64,000 nucleotides of DNA from an uncultured virus (IMG/VR IMGVR_UViG_3300034198_008248) (lineage: Duplodnaviria; Heunggongvirae; Uroviricota; Caudoviricetes), in IMG/VR virus record IMGVR_UViG_3300034198_008248, positions 1 through 64,000 of that record. One strand, 5' to 3'. A program made the position numbers and the translations under genes. Every line of letters starts with the position of its first letter. Positions within the stretch are counted from its first letter, which is position 1. The notes below the pieces were generated by a model, which had not been told where the DNA came from, did not search any database, and saw only the letters and a program-made list of their open reading frames with translations. Of the stretch, positions 49,377 to 59,256 are shown one piece after another.

Positions 49377-50095
49377 GGTGTGAAATCTTTAGGAGATCTG
49401 AATCCCGCTCTTAAATCCAGAGTTTCCTTAGACACTTTCATTCTTTTCAATTTAGAATAAAGAGAACCTGTATTGTGTTCGAGATCCATGAATTTGTCGA
49501 AGGTATGCATTAACGCTAGGGTATTATCCCTTCTAATCGCATTATCTAACTCCTTGGTGACTTGGGTTATAACACTCCATTTCTTACCCCCATACAAATC
49601 AGCATATTCTTCCCAAAATGGTGCAGATAAAATATGTATGGTTTCTCCATAATCAAATACATTAAACCATACATCTCCAGATCCATCATTATAAGCTTTA
49701 GCTAATTTCGGAAGAAGTGCATTACTCTTGAACCATTTAACAACTTCAGTAGATGGTATCAAATATTCATCGAATATGTTTTCTGCTTCATCTGCAATTG
49801 CGTCTTTGGTTTCGTCCAGAAGAACATTAGAAATTACTGCCAGAGCTTCCTCAAAATATCTATTGATTCTCTCCCGAACTTTATGTGGTCTTATATTAGT
49901 TTCGGCTTGATCGTATGCTGTTTTACCACCCCCAAGTTCCCACCACAAAGCATATAAAGCGTATAGATCCATAATGGCTTTATCTCCAGATGATGGATAT
50001 ACATACTGAGATTCGATTAATAATTTTCTTCTTTTATTTATTGGTGATAATTCTCCCCTAGAAAACTTTTCATAAAATTCTTGAAATTTTGTCAT
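49331..50095 (-). CDS. Hypothetical late protein
   Basis: TATAAATA upstream of MTKFQEFYE; YGGKKW, DLEHNTG. Confidence 0.75.
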   Translation of the reverse strand: MTKFQEFYEKFSRGELSPINKRRKLLIESQYVYPSSGDKAIMDLYALYALWWELGGGKTAYDQAETNIRPHKVRERINRYFEEALAVISNVLLDETKDAIADEAENIFDEYLIPSTEVVKWFKSNALLPKLAKAYNDGSGDVWFNVFDYGETIHILSAPFWEEYADLYGGKKWSVITQVTKELDNAIRRDNTLALMHTFDKFMDLEHNTGSLYSKLKRMKVSKETLDLRAGFRSPKDFTPYVSDRVKKLIGLMR

Positions 50096-50333
50096 ATAGT
50101 TATTTATATTTTTGAGATGTGTCAAAAAGACTTAACTACAATATATCCTAGTTTTTTATAAAGTCAATCAACCAAAATACTTCTTAATCTCAAAATCTGT
50201 AAGTGATAGACCCAGACTATCATACATCTCCTTACAAGAATCACAGACCTCGATCTGTTGCAATTCTAACATATTATTCTCCCCATATTCGGAGATATAT
50301 ATTATATGATTTTTAGGGGTGTCACATCTACAT

Positions 50334-50624
50334 TCAGTCTTCATCTGGGTATAGATATTTCCAAATTACCATCATTATATGATCACCGAACCAGCATATG
50401 CAGGAGGAGTAGAAGGCTAATACCAAGGAACATAAAACTGAACCTGTCAACAATAGCCCATAAAAGAGTCCTATCCAAAATCCTAAACATTGTGCGCATT
50501 CGATTAATTCTTTAAAAAAATTGTTTTTCTTTATAATGTTGCGTGGATAATTTAGGATTGTGCTATATTTGATTATCAAACACAGTCCAATCATGGACCC
50601 ACTAATTAAAATTAAATCAGCCAA
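50334..50624 (-). CDS. Membrane protein (DUF1360-like)
   Basis: ELIECAQCLGFWIG; TM segments. Confidence 0.7.
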   Translation of the reverse strand: MADLILISGSMIGLCLIIKYSTILNYPRNIIKKNNFFKELIECAQCLGFWIGLFYGLLLTGSVLCSLVLAFYSSCICWFGDHIMMVIWKYLYPDED

Positions 50625-50817
50625 GCAAAAGTTTTTCTCCGTTTAATGTTTTAACACCATCTGATAAGAGTAGAGCTTCCTCTTTTTTGACAATTATTTT
50701 ATTACCATAATCGTCTGTAATTTCTACCTTACCATCACCAATATCAGTCACAATTGGGCAGTTTCGTTTATTACAACACAATTTAACACTTTTTTCACTT
50801 AATCTAATTATATTCAT
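50617..50817 (-). CDS. Hypothetical protein
   Basis: LCCNKRNCP, ITDDYG. Confidence 0.7.
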   Translation of the reverse strand: MNIIRLSEKSVKLCCNKRNCPIVTDIGDGKVEITDDYGNKIIVKKEEALLLSDGVKTLNGEKLLLG

Positions 50818-50820
50818 ATT

Positions 50821-51387
50821 TTAATTATTTAAAAATTTCCATTTAAATCCACCACACGTTTTTCTAATAACGCTCCCATTACAACATTGCGAAATACTCG
50901 AATGATATATCCCCAACGACTTACTGGCGTCTGTTATAGAATCCCATTCTTTCAAAATTTCTCCATTCGTTGACAATTGTTGAACACCTTTTATAGGACC
51001 AATTCTTCTCCCCAATACATCAACAGCGTGTCTAATGTTTTGTTTATATGTCACCCACTCTAAATTAGATAATCTATTATCGTCTTTAATTCCGTTTTTG
51101 TGATTGATTATAAGAGAATTATCGTTGGTTGGTTCGAAACTTTCCAACACTATTCTATGAACACTTTTGGTGCATGATGTATTATTTTTAGATAGTTTAA
51201 TTCGATGATATTTTTTTAAAGTGGGGGAAGATGACATGATATTAGAATATCCACCCTTTTTATAATTGAGGGATTTTATTCTTCCGAGATTAGAAACCAT
51301 ATAAAGACCCTCATATCCAGAGACATCAATCCAGCATTCCTCTATGGAAAAATCTTGATCTGAGACTCGGATAATTTCATTACTCAT
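50821..51387 (-). mobile_element. NUMOD4-HNH homing endonuclease
   Basis: YEGLYMVSNLGRIKS, VHR, NHKNGIKDDNRLSNLEW. Confidence 0.92.
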
Positions 51388-51395
51388 AAGTATTA

Positions 51396-51809
51396 CTATT
51401 TAATCGTTTGGATTAATTTATTCAATAGATCCGCATTTTTATTATATACAGATCCTACTTTAATAACTTTACATACATCACCGTATTTTTTGGTATTATC
51501 TAGGTATAGATCAGATAAACAATCCCAATCATCAAGTAACCATCGGCCACATCCATATTTTATTTCGTATTGATTAGTTACAATACTTTCATGATGATAA
51601 TATAATTTTACTATATCACCTTCATAAATCTCTTCCCCATTTAGGTCATGTAAGCCAGTATATCTTAATATTTTATAAGAATCCTCCGCTGCCTTTACCA
51701 ATTCCCCATTCATAAAATCCTCAAAGAAGAGTTCACCACTTGGGTTTATATACCATTCACACCCATCTAGGAATCTATCAAGGGTATTTAACCATATTTT
51801 AAATTTCAT
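51396..51809 (-). CDS. YopX family protein
   Basis: YTGLHDLNGEEIYEGD. Confidence 0.85.
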   Translation of the reverse strand: MKFKIWLNTLDRFLDGCEWYINPSGELFFEDFMNGELVKAAEDSYKILRYTGLHDLNGEEIYEGDIVKLYYHHESIVTNQYEIKYGCGRWLLDDWDCLSDLYLDNTKKYGDVCKVIKVGSVYNKNADLLNKLIQTIK

Positions 51810-52006
51810 TTATCAAATCCTTTCTCCATTTTTTTAAGTTTGGTGTAATACTCTGGATCTTCCTCTAGATGCTGTTTAGCAATCGTTTCCGCTACTTCTT
51901 TATTATCCGTATGCTCCATCTCAACGTCCACACCCATCTTTAATTGCTGTGGATTATACTCGATATCAGAATTAACTCCTTTAAAAAATTTTTCAAATGT
52001 TTTCAT
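51806..52006 (-). CDS. DUF5661-like protein
   Basis: GVDVEMEHT, IAKQHLEEDPEYYTKL. Confidence 0.8.
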   Translation of the reverse strand: MKTFEKFFKGVNSDIEYNPQQLKMGVDVEMEHTDNKEVAETIAKQHLEEDPEYYTKLKKMEKGFDK

Positions 52007-52057
52007 AATTGTTTATATATCGGTCAATAGATCAAATAAAACTTGATCTATCGGACA

Positions 52058-52420
52058 TTATTTAATCTTTGTTTTACCAACTACCTCGATTTTAACTGAT
52101 GTAATACCAGATTTAATAAAGTCTAATTTTTTAGCCACTCCAATCGTTACATCGATAATACGACCACGGATAAATGGTCCTCTATTGGTGATTTTAACAA
52201 TTTCGCTTTTATTATTTCTAGTATTCGTTACCTTCACTAAAGTTCCGAACGGTAAAGTTCTGTGCGCTGCTGTCATAGAGCTATCCACCAATCGAACACC
52301 ACTCGCTGTATGCGTTCCACCGTTGCACTTGACAGAGTAGAATGATGCCTTCCCCTGCTCAACCTGAGCCCCAATTAAGGTGGAGCACATCAAAATCAGT
52401 GTGAGTATTGTCTTTTTCAT
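52058..52420 (-). CDS. RlpA-like double-psi beta-barrel lytic transglycosylase
   Basis: GKASFY, TASG, TAAHRTLPFGT, NRGPF, RIID; signal peptide. Confidence 0.9.
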   Translation of the reverse strand: MKKTILTLILMCSTLIGAQVEQGKASFYSVKCNGGTHTASGVRLVDSSMTAAHRTLPFGTLVKVTNTRNNKSEIVKITNRGPFIRGRIIDVTIGVAKKLDFIKSGITSVKIEVVGKTKIK

Positions 52421-52490
52421 AAGTCGATTACTATTTAAGCATGGTTTAGTGTTTAATCAAGTCATTTTGAATAAATAATCATATACAGTC

Positions 52491-52823
52491 ATGCCTCCAC
52501 AAAGTAAACACGATACAACTGTCAACTGGGTCCTTAAAATAGGGGGATTTATTATGTCTATAGCGATTATGGTTTCATCTTGGTTCTTAAACCAAGCAAT
52601 GGAGCGAATAACTAATATAGAAAAATCTATAAAGGAATTGGAATTATCTGCTGCTATCGTATCTGGTAGTAAATTCACTGCCTCCGATTGGTCAACAGCC
52701 AAAACCGTTCTAGATGCTGACAGAAATGCTATAGATAGGCGTATTGTTCGCTTAGAAGAAAATTCTGTAGTTATTAAAGATTCTTTAGCTGAGATCAAAC
52801 AAATACTTAAAGAAACAAGATGA
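52491..52823 (+). CDS. Single-TM coiled-coil protein (holin or antiholin candidate)
   Basis: One TM segment; first gene of the lysis cassette. Confidence 0.55.
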   Translation: MPPQSKHDTTVNWVLKIGGFIMSIAIMVSSWFLNQAMERITNIEKSIKELELSAAIVSGSKFTASDWSTAKTVLDADRNAIDRRIVRLEENSVVIKDSLAEIKQILKETR

Positions 52824-53509
52824 AAAAAATTCTAATATTATTATCAGCATTAGTGGTCATTGGATGTAATCCCAAAGAATTACCTAATCCTATTATACCC
52901 CCACCTCCTAAACAAACAGAGAGTGTAATTCCTACAGTTAAGCAAGCTAAGGTTGATGTTGATGAAACTATTATTAATAATGTTAAGATAGGTGATAAAT
53001 TAGGGGAAAATAAACAAACGGTATCAGATCAGAAATTATCTATAATTGAAGCATTGACCCAAGCTGAGAAAATGAAAGAAAAGGCTTTAGCCAAGGTTGC
53101 AATTTCTGAATTAGAGGTTTTGAATCTTATTTCTGAATTGAAAAAAGTCGAAGCTAGGAATATGTTTTTAGAAAAACAAAACGATGAATTATCTAAACTA
53201 TCCAAGGATCAAGAAAAAATTCTAAAGATAATCAAGGATACTTTAGATAAAACAGAGAAATTAGCTTATAATAAAGAGGAGGAAGCTTATACTTTAAGGG
53301 AACAAAATGTATATCTATCAAAAAATTTAACAGATAAAAGTCAAGAGTCAGAGTCTCTAAAAAAACAATTAACGAAAGAAAAAGAAGTTAGTGCATCAGC
53401 TAAAGTTTACAAAAATTGGGTCATAGGTCTAGTATCCGCATTTATTGCTTGGTTGGTGATCAAAAACATTTTAATGATTTATTTTCCCTTAACCAAATTT
53501 AGAATATGA
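52820..53509 (+). CDS. Putative unimolecular spanin
   Basis: Lipobox VIGC, long coiled coil, C-terminal TM. Confidence 0.65.
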   Translation: MKKILILLSALVVIGCNPKELPNPIIPPPPKQTESVIPTVKQAKVDVDETIINNVKIGDKLGENKQTVSDQKLSIIEALTQAEKMKEKALAKVAISELEVLNLISELKKVEARNMFLEKQNDELSKLSKDQEKILKIIKDTLDKTEKLAYNKEEEAYTLREQNVYLSKNLTDKSQESESLKKQLTKEKEVSASAKVYKNWVIGLVSAFIAWLVIKNILMIYFPLTKFRI

Positions 53510-53898
53510 AAAGAGATCCCCTAGATAAAACAGAATTTATGAAGTCAGTTCGTCAAATATGGAGTGCCATCTTTATTGGTTGCGCATTTACTGTATTATT
53601 TGTAAACTTATACATGGGTGCTCAATTCGACCCAACTCCGTATATGCAGTTTTTCTTAGCAATTGGATCACTCTTTATTCTAGGAGCATCTGGTGATTCT
53701 TGGGTTAAGGCTTATAGTGTGAAATCTATTAGAGAAACAGAAGTTCAAGAAGAGACTAAAAGACTCACATCAGTTACAATAGACGAAACAATAGTAAATA
53801 AAGATATCGTATTGGAGTATGTAAATAAATATTCAAATGATCCAAGTTATGCTCCTTTATCTTGGGTAGAGAAAACAGAACAACCAGAATTCAGATGA
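53506..53898 (+). CDS. Putative holin (2 TM)
   Basis: Two TM segments directly upstream of the endolysin. Confidence 0.6.
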   Translation: MKRDPLDKTEFMKSVRQIWSAIFIGCAFTVLFVNLYMGAQFDPTPYMQFFLAIGSLFILGASGDSWVKAYSVKSIRETEVQEETKRLTSVTIDETIVNKDIVLEYVNKYSNDPSYAPLSWVEKTEQPEFR

Positions 53899-55799
53899 AA
53901 GAAAAATTAGCACAAAAGATATTAAAAGACTCTGGTTTCTACACCGAAACTATTGATGGTGATTTTGGTAAAAAAAGTAAAGAAGCTGCTTTCAAATATT
54001 ACAATTTTCCAACTACTTGGAATGGTGAAAAATTAGTTACTGGTGTAATTCAAGTAGCTGCTGTGAGATCTAATATAAACATTGGAAATATTGATGGTCT
54101 TTGGGGTAACATGACTCAATCAGCTTATGAACAATTGCTTAAAAAAGATAGCCTACATGTTAAGAAACCTGATGTATCTCAATCTGTAGATGTAAAAAAA
54201 CATTATAATGATTGGCCTAAGCAAGATTATAATAGTATGGTGAAGTTTTATGGTGCTGTCGGGACAAACCAAACAACTTTACAATTACCATATGAAATGC
54301 TTTTAGCTTGGGATTTAGATTCTAAGGTTTCTAAAATCACTTGTCATGAAAAGGTTCATGATTCTCTACAAAGAATATTCAAAAATACTTTAGATCACTA
54401 TGGTATTGATGCAATAAAAGAACTAAGACTTAATCGATTCGGTGGTGTGTTGAATGTGAGAAAAATGCGCGGTGGATCTTCATGGAGTAAGCATTGTTTA
54501 CCGAAAGGTTCTCCGGTGTGGACACCAAAAGGTATTGTTCCTATCGAAAATATATCCATCGGTGATTATGTTTATTCATTCGAATCTGGAAATTTGGTCA
54601 CAAAAAAGGTTAAAAATTTCTTCGAGAATGGGAAAAAACCGCTAGTAAAAGTCGTGGTTTGTGGTGGAGATATTGACTGTTCGCCGGAACATAAAATTTT
54701 AGTTTTGAAAAAGAAGACATTAGAACCGACAGAATATATACAACACAAAAACAAAAACGGTCAAATAAGAGCCAAATATTGGACAGAGATGGTGGAAGCT
54801 AAAGATATAATTAAGGGGGATAAAATAGTTTTCCTTAAAAAATCAATAGTTGATGGAGATATTAACTGGGATTCTTGGTATGAAATTCTAGGCATGTTTA
54901 TAGGTGATGGGTGTATTCATCATCGAAAAGGATCGCCATCATACATGTCTATACAGATTCCAAAAAGTGATAGAATCAGAAAACACGCGGAAAAATTATT
55001 TGATAATTATTTTGGTTCTGAGAACATTAAAAAGAATGAAAAACAGTTCATTATAAACAAAAGAGATATATGGGAAAGGTTTTTACCATATAATAAAAAA
55101 TCTTTCGATAAAGATATTCCCACCGAAGTTTGGTCATCAACTATCGATCAGCAACGATCATTTATTAGAGGTTATTTATACACGGATGGGTGTATAATAA
55201 AATCGAGTAGGGCGGTTAAACATTCTTTCAAATGTGCCTCGTATAATTTAATGCTAAATCTTCGACTTTTGCTATCTCTCCATGGATTCAGAAATTCGAA
55301 ATTGGATAAGAGGAACGGTGGGGAGACTGAAATATGTGGAGTTAAGTGTAATAGGCGAGACGGGTGGATGTTTACTTCGGTCGATACTAATAATATATTT
55401 ACATGTGTTGAGGACATAATGTATTTCGATAGGGTGAAAGATTCTAAACATAATAAGGGAACATCTCACTGTATGGGATATGAGGAATTATTTCCAGATT
55501 TTATCTACAAAAGTGTCAAAGATGTGAAATATCTCGAAAAAGGACTTGTGGACGTTTTTGATATCGAAGTCGAAGATACCCATAATTTTATTGTGGATGG
55601 TATGGTTGTATCAAACTCCTGGGGTGCTGCTGTGGATATTGATCCAGATAGAAATCAATTGAAATGGGGTAAAGATAAAGCATTTTTAGCTAGACCTGAA
55701 TACGAACCATTTTGGAAGATTGTCGAAGCAGAGGGTTGGACTAGCTTAGGTAAAGCTAGGAATATAGACTTTATGCATTTTCAAGCCGCTAACCTTTAA
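53895..55799 (+). CDS. Endolysin (peptidoglycan-binding domains plus M15 peptidase) containing an intein
   Basis: IDGDFG and IDGLWG repeats; SKH|SWGAAVD; DFMHFQ. Confidence 0.9.
   Translation: MKEKLAQKILKDSGFYTETIDGDFGKKSKEAAFKYYNFPTTWNGEKLVTGVIQVAAVRSNINIGNIDGLWGNMTQSAYEQLLKKDSLHVKKPDVSQSVDVKKHYNDWPKQDYNSMVKFYGAVGTNQTTLQLPYEMLLAWDLDSKVSKITCHEKVHDSLQRIFKNTLDHYGIDAIKELRLNRFGGVLNVRKMRGGSSWSKHCLPKGSPVWTPKGIVPIENISIGDYVYSFESGNLVTKKVKNFFENGKKPLVKVVVCGGDIDCSPEHKILVLKKKTLEPTEYIQHKNKNGQIRAKYWTEMVEAKDIIKGDKIVFLKKSIVDGDINWDSWYEILGMFIGDGCIHHRKGSPSYMSIQIPKSDRIRKHAEKLFDNYFGSENIKKNEKQFIINKRDIWERFLPYNKKSFDKDIPTEVWSSTIDQQRSFIRGYLYTDGCIIKSSRAVKHSFKCASYNLMLNLRLLLSLHGFRNSKLDKRNGGETEICGVKCNRRDGWMFTSVDTNNIFTCVEDIMYFDRVKDSKHNKGTSHCMGYEELFPDFIYKSVKDVKYLEKGLVDVFDIEVEDTHNFIVDGMVVSNSWGAAVDIDPDRNQLKWGKDKAFLARPEYEPFWKIVEAEGWTSLGKARNIDFMHFQAANL
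54495..55616 (+). mobile_element. LAGLIDADG intein, 374 aa
   Basis: CLPKGSPV start; LGMFIGDG and RGYLYTDG; VFDIEVEDTHNFIVDGMVVSN|S end. Confidence 0.93.
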
Positions 55800-55812
55800 T
55801 AATCAATCACTT

Positions 55813-55950
55813 ATGAAGATTTTATCGATCATTTCATCTCTCTTGATATTATCTTGTGCTCCCCTTCCCCAGAGAGTATCTACAGAATTTAAAACCGGAG
55901 AAGATGGACAATATCAAGGAACTGATGTAGCTTTGAGTTGGGATCTTTAG
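55813..55950 (+). CDS. Small lipoprotein
   Basis: MKILSIISSLLILSC lipobox. Confidence 0.55.
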   Translation: MKILSIISSLLILSCAPLPQRVSTEFKTGEDGQYQGTDVALSWDL

Positions 55951-56376
55951 TTACTTCCCAGTGCTACCGTATCCACCAGTTCCTCTAACCGAATCTGATA
56001 AATTGTCTACAACTTCAAAATCCACATCTTCTCTGGAGCGAATTTGCATTTGTAAAATTCTATCACCGACTTCGTAAGGTGGTAATGAAGGAATTACATG
56101 ATAAAAAACAGCACCGATTTCTCCACGATAACCTTCATCAATAGTTCCGATTGAGTTGGATAGAATCAATCCAGTCTTATGTATTGAACTTCTGGGTCTG
56201 AAGTCGGCTTGTGTATTCTCTGGAATCTCCAGAGCAAATCCTAGACCGTATTGAATACGTCCATCTCCTAGATCTTTCTTAGATGTTGCGACTACATCAT
56301 AACAAGCGTCATTCTCCAAAGCTCTCTTTGGAACTTGCGCATATTCATTTAATAGTTTAATTTTCACTTTTAACAT
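55951..56376 (-). CDS. dut: dUTPase
   Basis: ACYD, PRSS, GTIDEGYRGE, RILQ, RGTGGYGSTG. Confidence 0.95.
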   Translation of the reverse strand: MLKVKIKLLNEYAQVPKRALENDACYDVVATSKKDLGDGRIQYGLGFALEIPENTQADFRPRSSIHKTGLILSNSIGTIDEGYRGEIGAVFYHVIPSLPPYEVGDRILQMQIRSREDVDFEVVDNLSDSVRGTGGYGSTGK

Positions 56377-56675
56377 AATCCTAAAATTTCTTTATCTTCC
56401 TGAGTTAGTTTATCTAAAACTAGTTTTCGTTTATCGTCAATAGACATATTATTCATAAGCTCTATCGTTTCGATATCTTCTTCCATTTTTTGCTTTTTTA
56501 GAAAATTATATTGTTCTATGATTTCCTTTTTTAATATTTGTTGGAATTCGTCGGAAGCATAACTCATACAACCTTCATATATGTCTATCAAAGTATAACA
56601 TAGATCACCAGTCTCACATCCTTCCCATGACGCTAGTTCATATAGTTCTTTTATAATTTCTTGTGTAATATTCAT
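56370..56675 (-). CDS. Hypothetical protein
   Basis: ORF. Confidence 0.65.
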   Translation of the reverse strand: MNITQEIIKELYELASWEGCETGDLCYTLIDIYEGCMSYASDEFQQILKKEIIEQYNFLKKQKMEEDIETIELMNNMSIDDKRKLVLDKLTQEDKEILGLC

Positions 56676-57090
56676 TTGGATAATTCCTTTTCTTTCTTTT
56701 TGATTTTTTCTTTCAAAGCTTCTATCTCACGTTCCTTTTTCCAGATATTATATAAATTTAAAATTTCCTCATATTTCTTTAATTTATACGAATATGTATT
56801 AAATCTATTCTCGAAAGCCTTTAATTCTTTTTCGTATTCTGGATTCACATCACTCCAAGAAACTAATCATCCTTCTAAATATCCAGAATAGTGTGTAACT
56901 GCACTCAAATCATAATCTTCACCAATCAAATCCGCTAACCTTTTTAATTGGTAAAATGAGATTGATTTTTCGTCATAAGAATCATCCCCACGATAATCCT
57001 CCAACCCACCGTATTCATTTTCTAGAGTTTTGTCCTTTATCACCGAATTTAATAAACATTTCAGATGACATTGTATAATACTCTTCCATA

Positions 57091-57336
57091 TTAAATCTTC
57101 ACGAATGTTCCTTCATCCAAAGCTTTTCTAATATACCTCATAAACATGATAGCTTTATCAGAAGCTTTGAATGTAGCGTCTCCACAATCTTCTAATGGAA
57201 CTGGGAATGTGTATAAACCAGCATCCTCTATAGACACATCATTCATAATTACAATCTGATAATATAAAATACCTTTTCTGTATTCTCTAAATTTTACACT
57301 ATTATCTTTGATAATATCTTTAATTGTCAAATTCAT
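57091..57336 (-). CDS. Hypothetical phage protein
   Basis: FPVPLEDCGDATF..DKAIMFMRYIRK. Confidence 0.8.
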   Translation of the reverse strand: MNLTIKDIIKDNSVKFREYRKGILYYQIVIMNDVSIEDAGLYTFPVPLEDCGDATFKASDKAIMFMRYIRKALDEGTFVKI

Positions 57337-57575
57337 ATATCTGAAGCTTTTCTTGTTTTCTTGTAAAGTTGTGATTGTTGATCAGCATCCTTAGCTGTAA
57401 GAATTCTTCGTTCTCCATCACCAGTGACTTTCCATCCATCATCCCAAGATCCATCATCCTTTTTAATTTTAATATAATTTCCAATAACAGCAAACCTTTC
57501 TGGAATCCATGCCATGTGGTGGATATTCTCATTTTTTAAAAGTGAGCATTGTATGTAGTTTGTTTTCTTTTTCAT
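57333..57575 (-). CDS. Hypothetical phage protein
   Basis: QC.L, AWIPERFA. Confidence 0.7.
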   Translation of the reverse strand: MKKKTNYIQCSLLKNENIHHMAWIPERFAVIGNYIKIKKDDGSWDDGWKVTGDGERRILTAKDADQQSQLYKKTRKASDI

Positions 57576-57581
57576 AATTTA

Positions 57582-57767
57582 TCAATCTTCTTTTTCAAAT
57601 TTATCCATATCTTCCCAATCAAAGATTTCTCCACACTCTTCACATCTCCAATAATAATCAGCATACCCACAAGCACAATCGGGTTCGTAGCAGGAGTAAT
57701 CCCAAAATAGAATTTCTCCCCCACAATTCACTTCTTCATTTTTATGTATGTTAAGTGGATACCACAT
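57582..57767 (-). CDS. Small zinc-binding protein
   Basis: Minus-strand AAACACTA motif upstream; Cys-rich. Confidence 0.6.
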   Translation of the reverse strand: MWYPLNIHKNEEVNCGGEILFWDYSCYEPDCACGYADYYWRCEECGEIFDWEDMDKFEKED

Positions 57768-57794
57768 GTCAGTATTATATTCTAGTGTTTAATG

Positions 57795-57865
57795 CAGAGG
57801 ATAAAGGAATCGAACCTTTATAGCCCGAGTCAAAGTCGGGAGCATTGCCATTATGCTAATCCTCA
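57795..57865 (-). tRNA. tRNA-Gln(TTG)
   Basis: Cloverleaf; CCCGA-CTTTGAC-TCGGG. Confidence 0.9.
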
Positions 57866-58062
57866 ATTGTTTTTTCTAAAATTACATGATTAGTTTTTAA
57901 CTTCAATTCAAAATCATCTATAGCCTTTTCACAACATTTACAAGAATGAAAATTTGAGGTGAGATAGTGATCCCATGGCTTCTTCCAAAATAAGAGCCAT
58001 CGTTGTTGAATTATGTAATAATAATCCACACCGTTATGTTTCTGCACTATTCTAAATTTCAT
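57856..58062 (-). CDS. Hypothetical protein
   Basis: MKFRIV...YYIIQQRWLLFW. Confidence 0.6.
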   Translation of the reverse strand: MKFRIVQKHNGVDYYYIIQQRWLLFWKKPWDHYLTSNFHSCKCCEKAIDDFELKLKTNHVILEKTIED

Positions 58063-58143
58063 AATATGTCCTTTATCGTATATAGGTTCTCCAATGAATA
58101 AAAGTATTATACACGCTGTTATGATGAAGTCAATCATTAATGC

Positions 58144-58196
58144 CGCTCAGTGTTGGTATCGCGCCAACCTTTCAGGATTACTTCAATCCACTGAAC
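58144..58196 (-). ncRNA. Miniature tRNA-like element (about 53 nt)
   Basis: GTTCAGT/ACTGAGC, GGATT/AATCC, GTTGG-CGCGATA-CCAAC. Confidence 0.45.
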
Positions 58197-58285
58197 AATT
58201 TTTATATGTTTCTATATTGTGACAATTCGGACACAAATATTCTAAATTATCCATGTTATTATTTTTACAGTTACACCACATTTTA

Positions 58286-58603
58286 CTACACCCCCAATAC
58301 CCTTCTTTCATCCACACTAAGTTTAGCTAATGCAGAAGCTTTGATCTTTTCTCTCGCTGCTTTGGCTTCTTCACTACTAACATCCAATTCTACAGGCGTT
58401 GGAGACTCAAGTAAATAAACAACACCATCAACAATTATAACATTTTTAGCTATTACTGATCCTATACCATCCCACCACCCTATTCCAATAGCTTCTTTAT
58501 CTGCCCCACTTCTAGATGTGAATATTCCTCTACAACTTCCGAGACGACCATAGTCATCTACTGTCTCATAAGCAGCATAAACTTCTTTAATTTCTACATT
58601 CAT
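58286..58603 (-). CDS. Hypothetical protein
   Basis: ALAKLSVDERRVLG C-terminus. Confidence 0.7.
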   Translation of the reverse strand: MNVEIKEVYAAYETVDDYGRLGSCRGIFTSRSGADKEAIGIGWWDGIGSVIAKNVIIVDGVVYLLESPTPVELDVSSEEAKAAREKIKASALAKLSVDERRVLGV

Positions 58604-58604
58604 A

Positions 58605-58811
58605 TTATTTTATGTAATCATCATATTCGCATAATAGCTGATCTAGTGCTTGTTCACTATGAACCAATCTCAAATTACAACCATGGTGATATTTCAACCA
58701 AATAGCCAAATTTTTATTTGAATCTTCTAAAGAACAATCATGATTTTCTATCATTAAAGCTTTACACATATGTTTATGTTCGTCACAAACTACTCTATAA
58801 AAAGTTTTCAT
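58605..58811 (-). CDS. Hypothetical protein
   Basis: ORF; start moved out of the tRNA. Confidence 0.6.
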   Translation of the reverse strand: MKTFYRVVCDEHKHMCKALMIENHDCSLEDSNKNLAIWLKYHHGCNLRLVHSEQALDQLLCEYDDYIK

Positions 58812-58816
58812 AAATG

Positions 58817-58888
58817 ATCTCCCTGTGAGACTTGCGCTCACCTATCTGGGTTACAAAGCCAGAGCATCGCTATCTATGCTTAGAGAGA
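58817..58888 (-). tRNA. tRNA-Thr(TGT)
   Basis: Cloverleaf, TTTGTAA loop, atypical T loop. Confidence 0.8.
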
Positions 58889-58890
58889 AT

Positions 58891-58965
58891 TGGTGCGCCA
58901 ATAGGAACTCGAATCCTAAAGAATAGAGTGGAAGTCTATTATGTTACCAATTACATCATTGGCGC
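58891..58965 (-). tRNA. tRNA-Gly(TCC)
   Basis: GCGCCAA/TTGGCGC-A-CCA; CTTCCAC loop. Confidence 0.9.
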
Positions 58966-59256
58966 AGTTTGTCTCAATCAGTTTGATCAGAACCTTTTAG
59001 CTAGAGACTGAGCCGTTTCGGATTGCCCTTCACATTGGCGCAACAGTAACGGATTTAATGAAGTAATCATACCGTATAGCCTACCACCCGACCAGTAGGA
59101 AGTGAAATTATTCAATTATTATTTCTAAAATAGTCTGCGTATAAATCAGCACCATCCATAATCAAAGATTGAGCATCTGATTCATCCCAGTTTTCGTCTT
59201 GAGCCATGTCATACATGGATTTTAAGATGCTGATGATTTGTTTCATTAGTTGTTGA

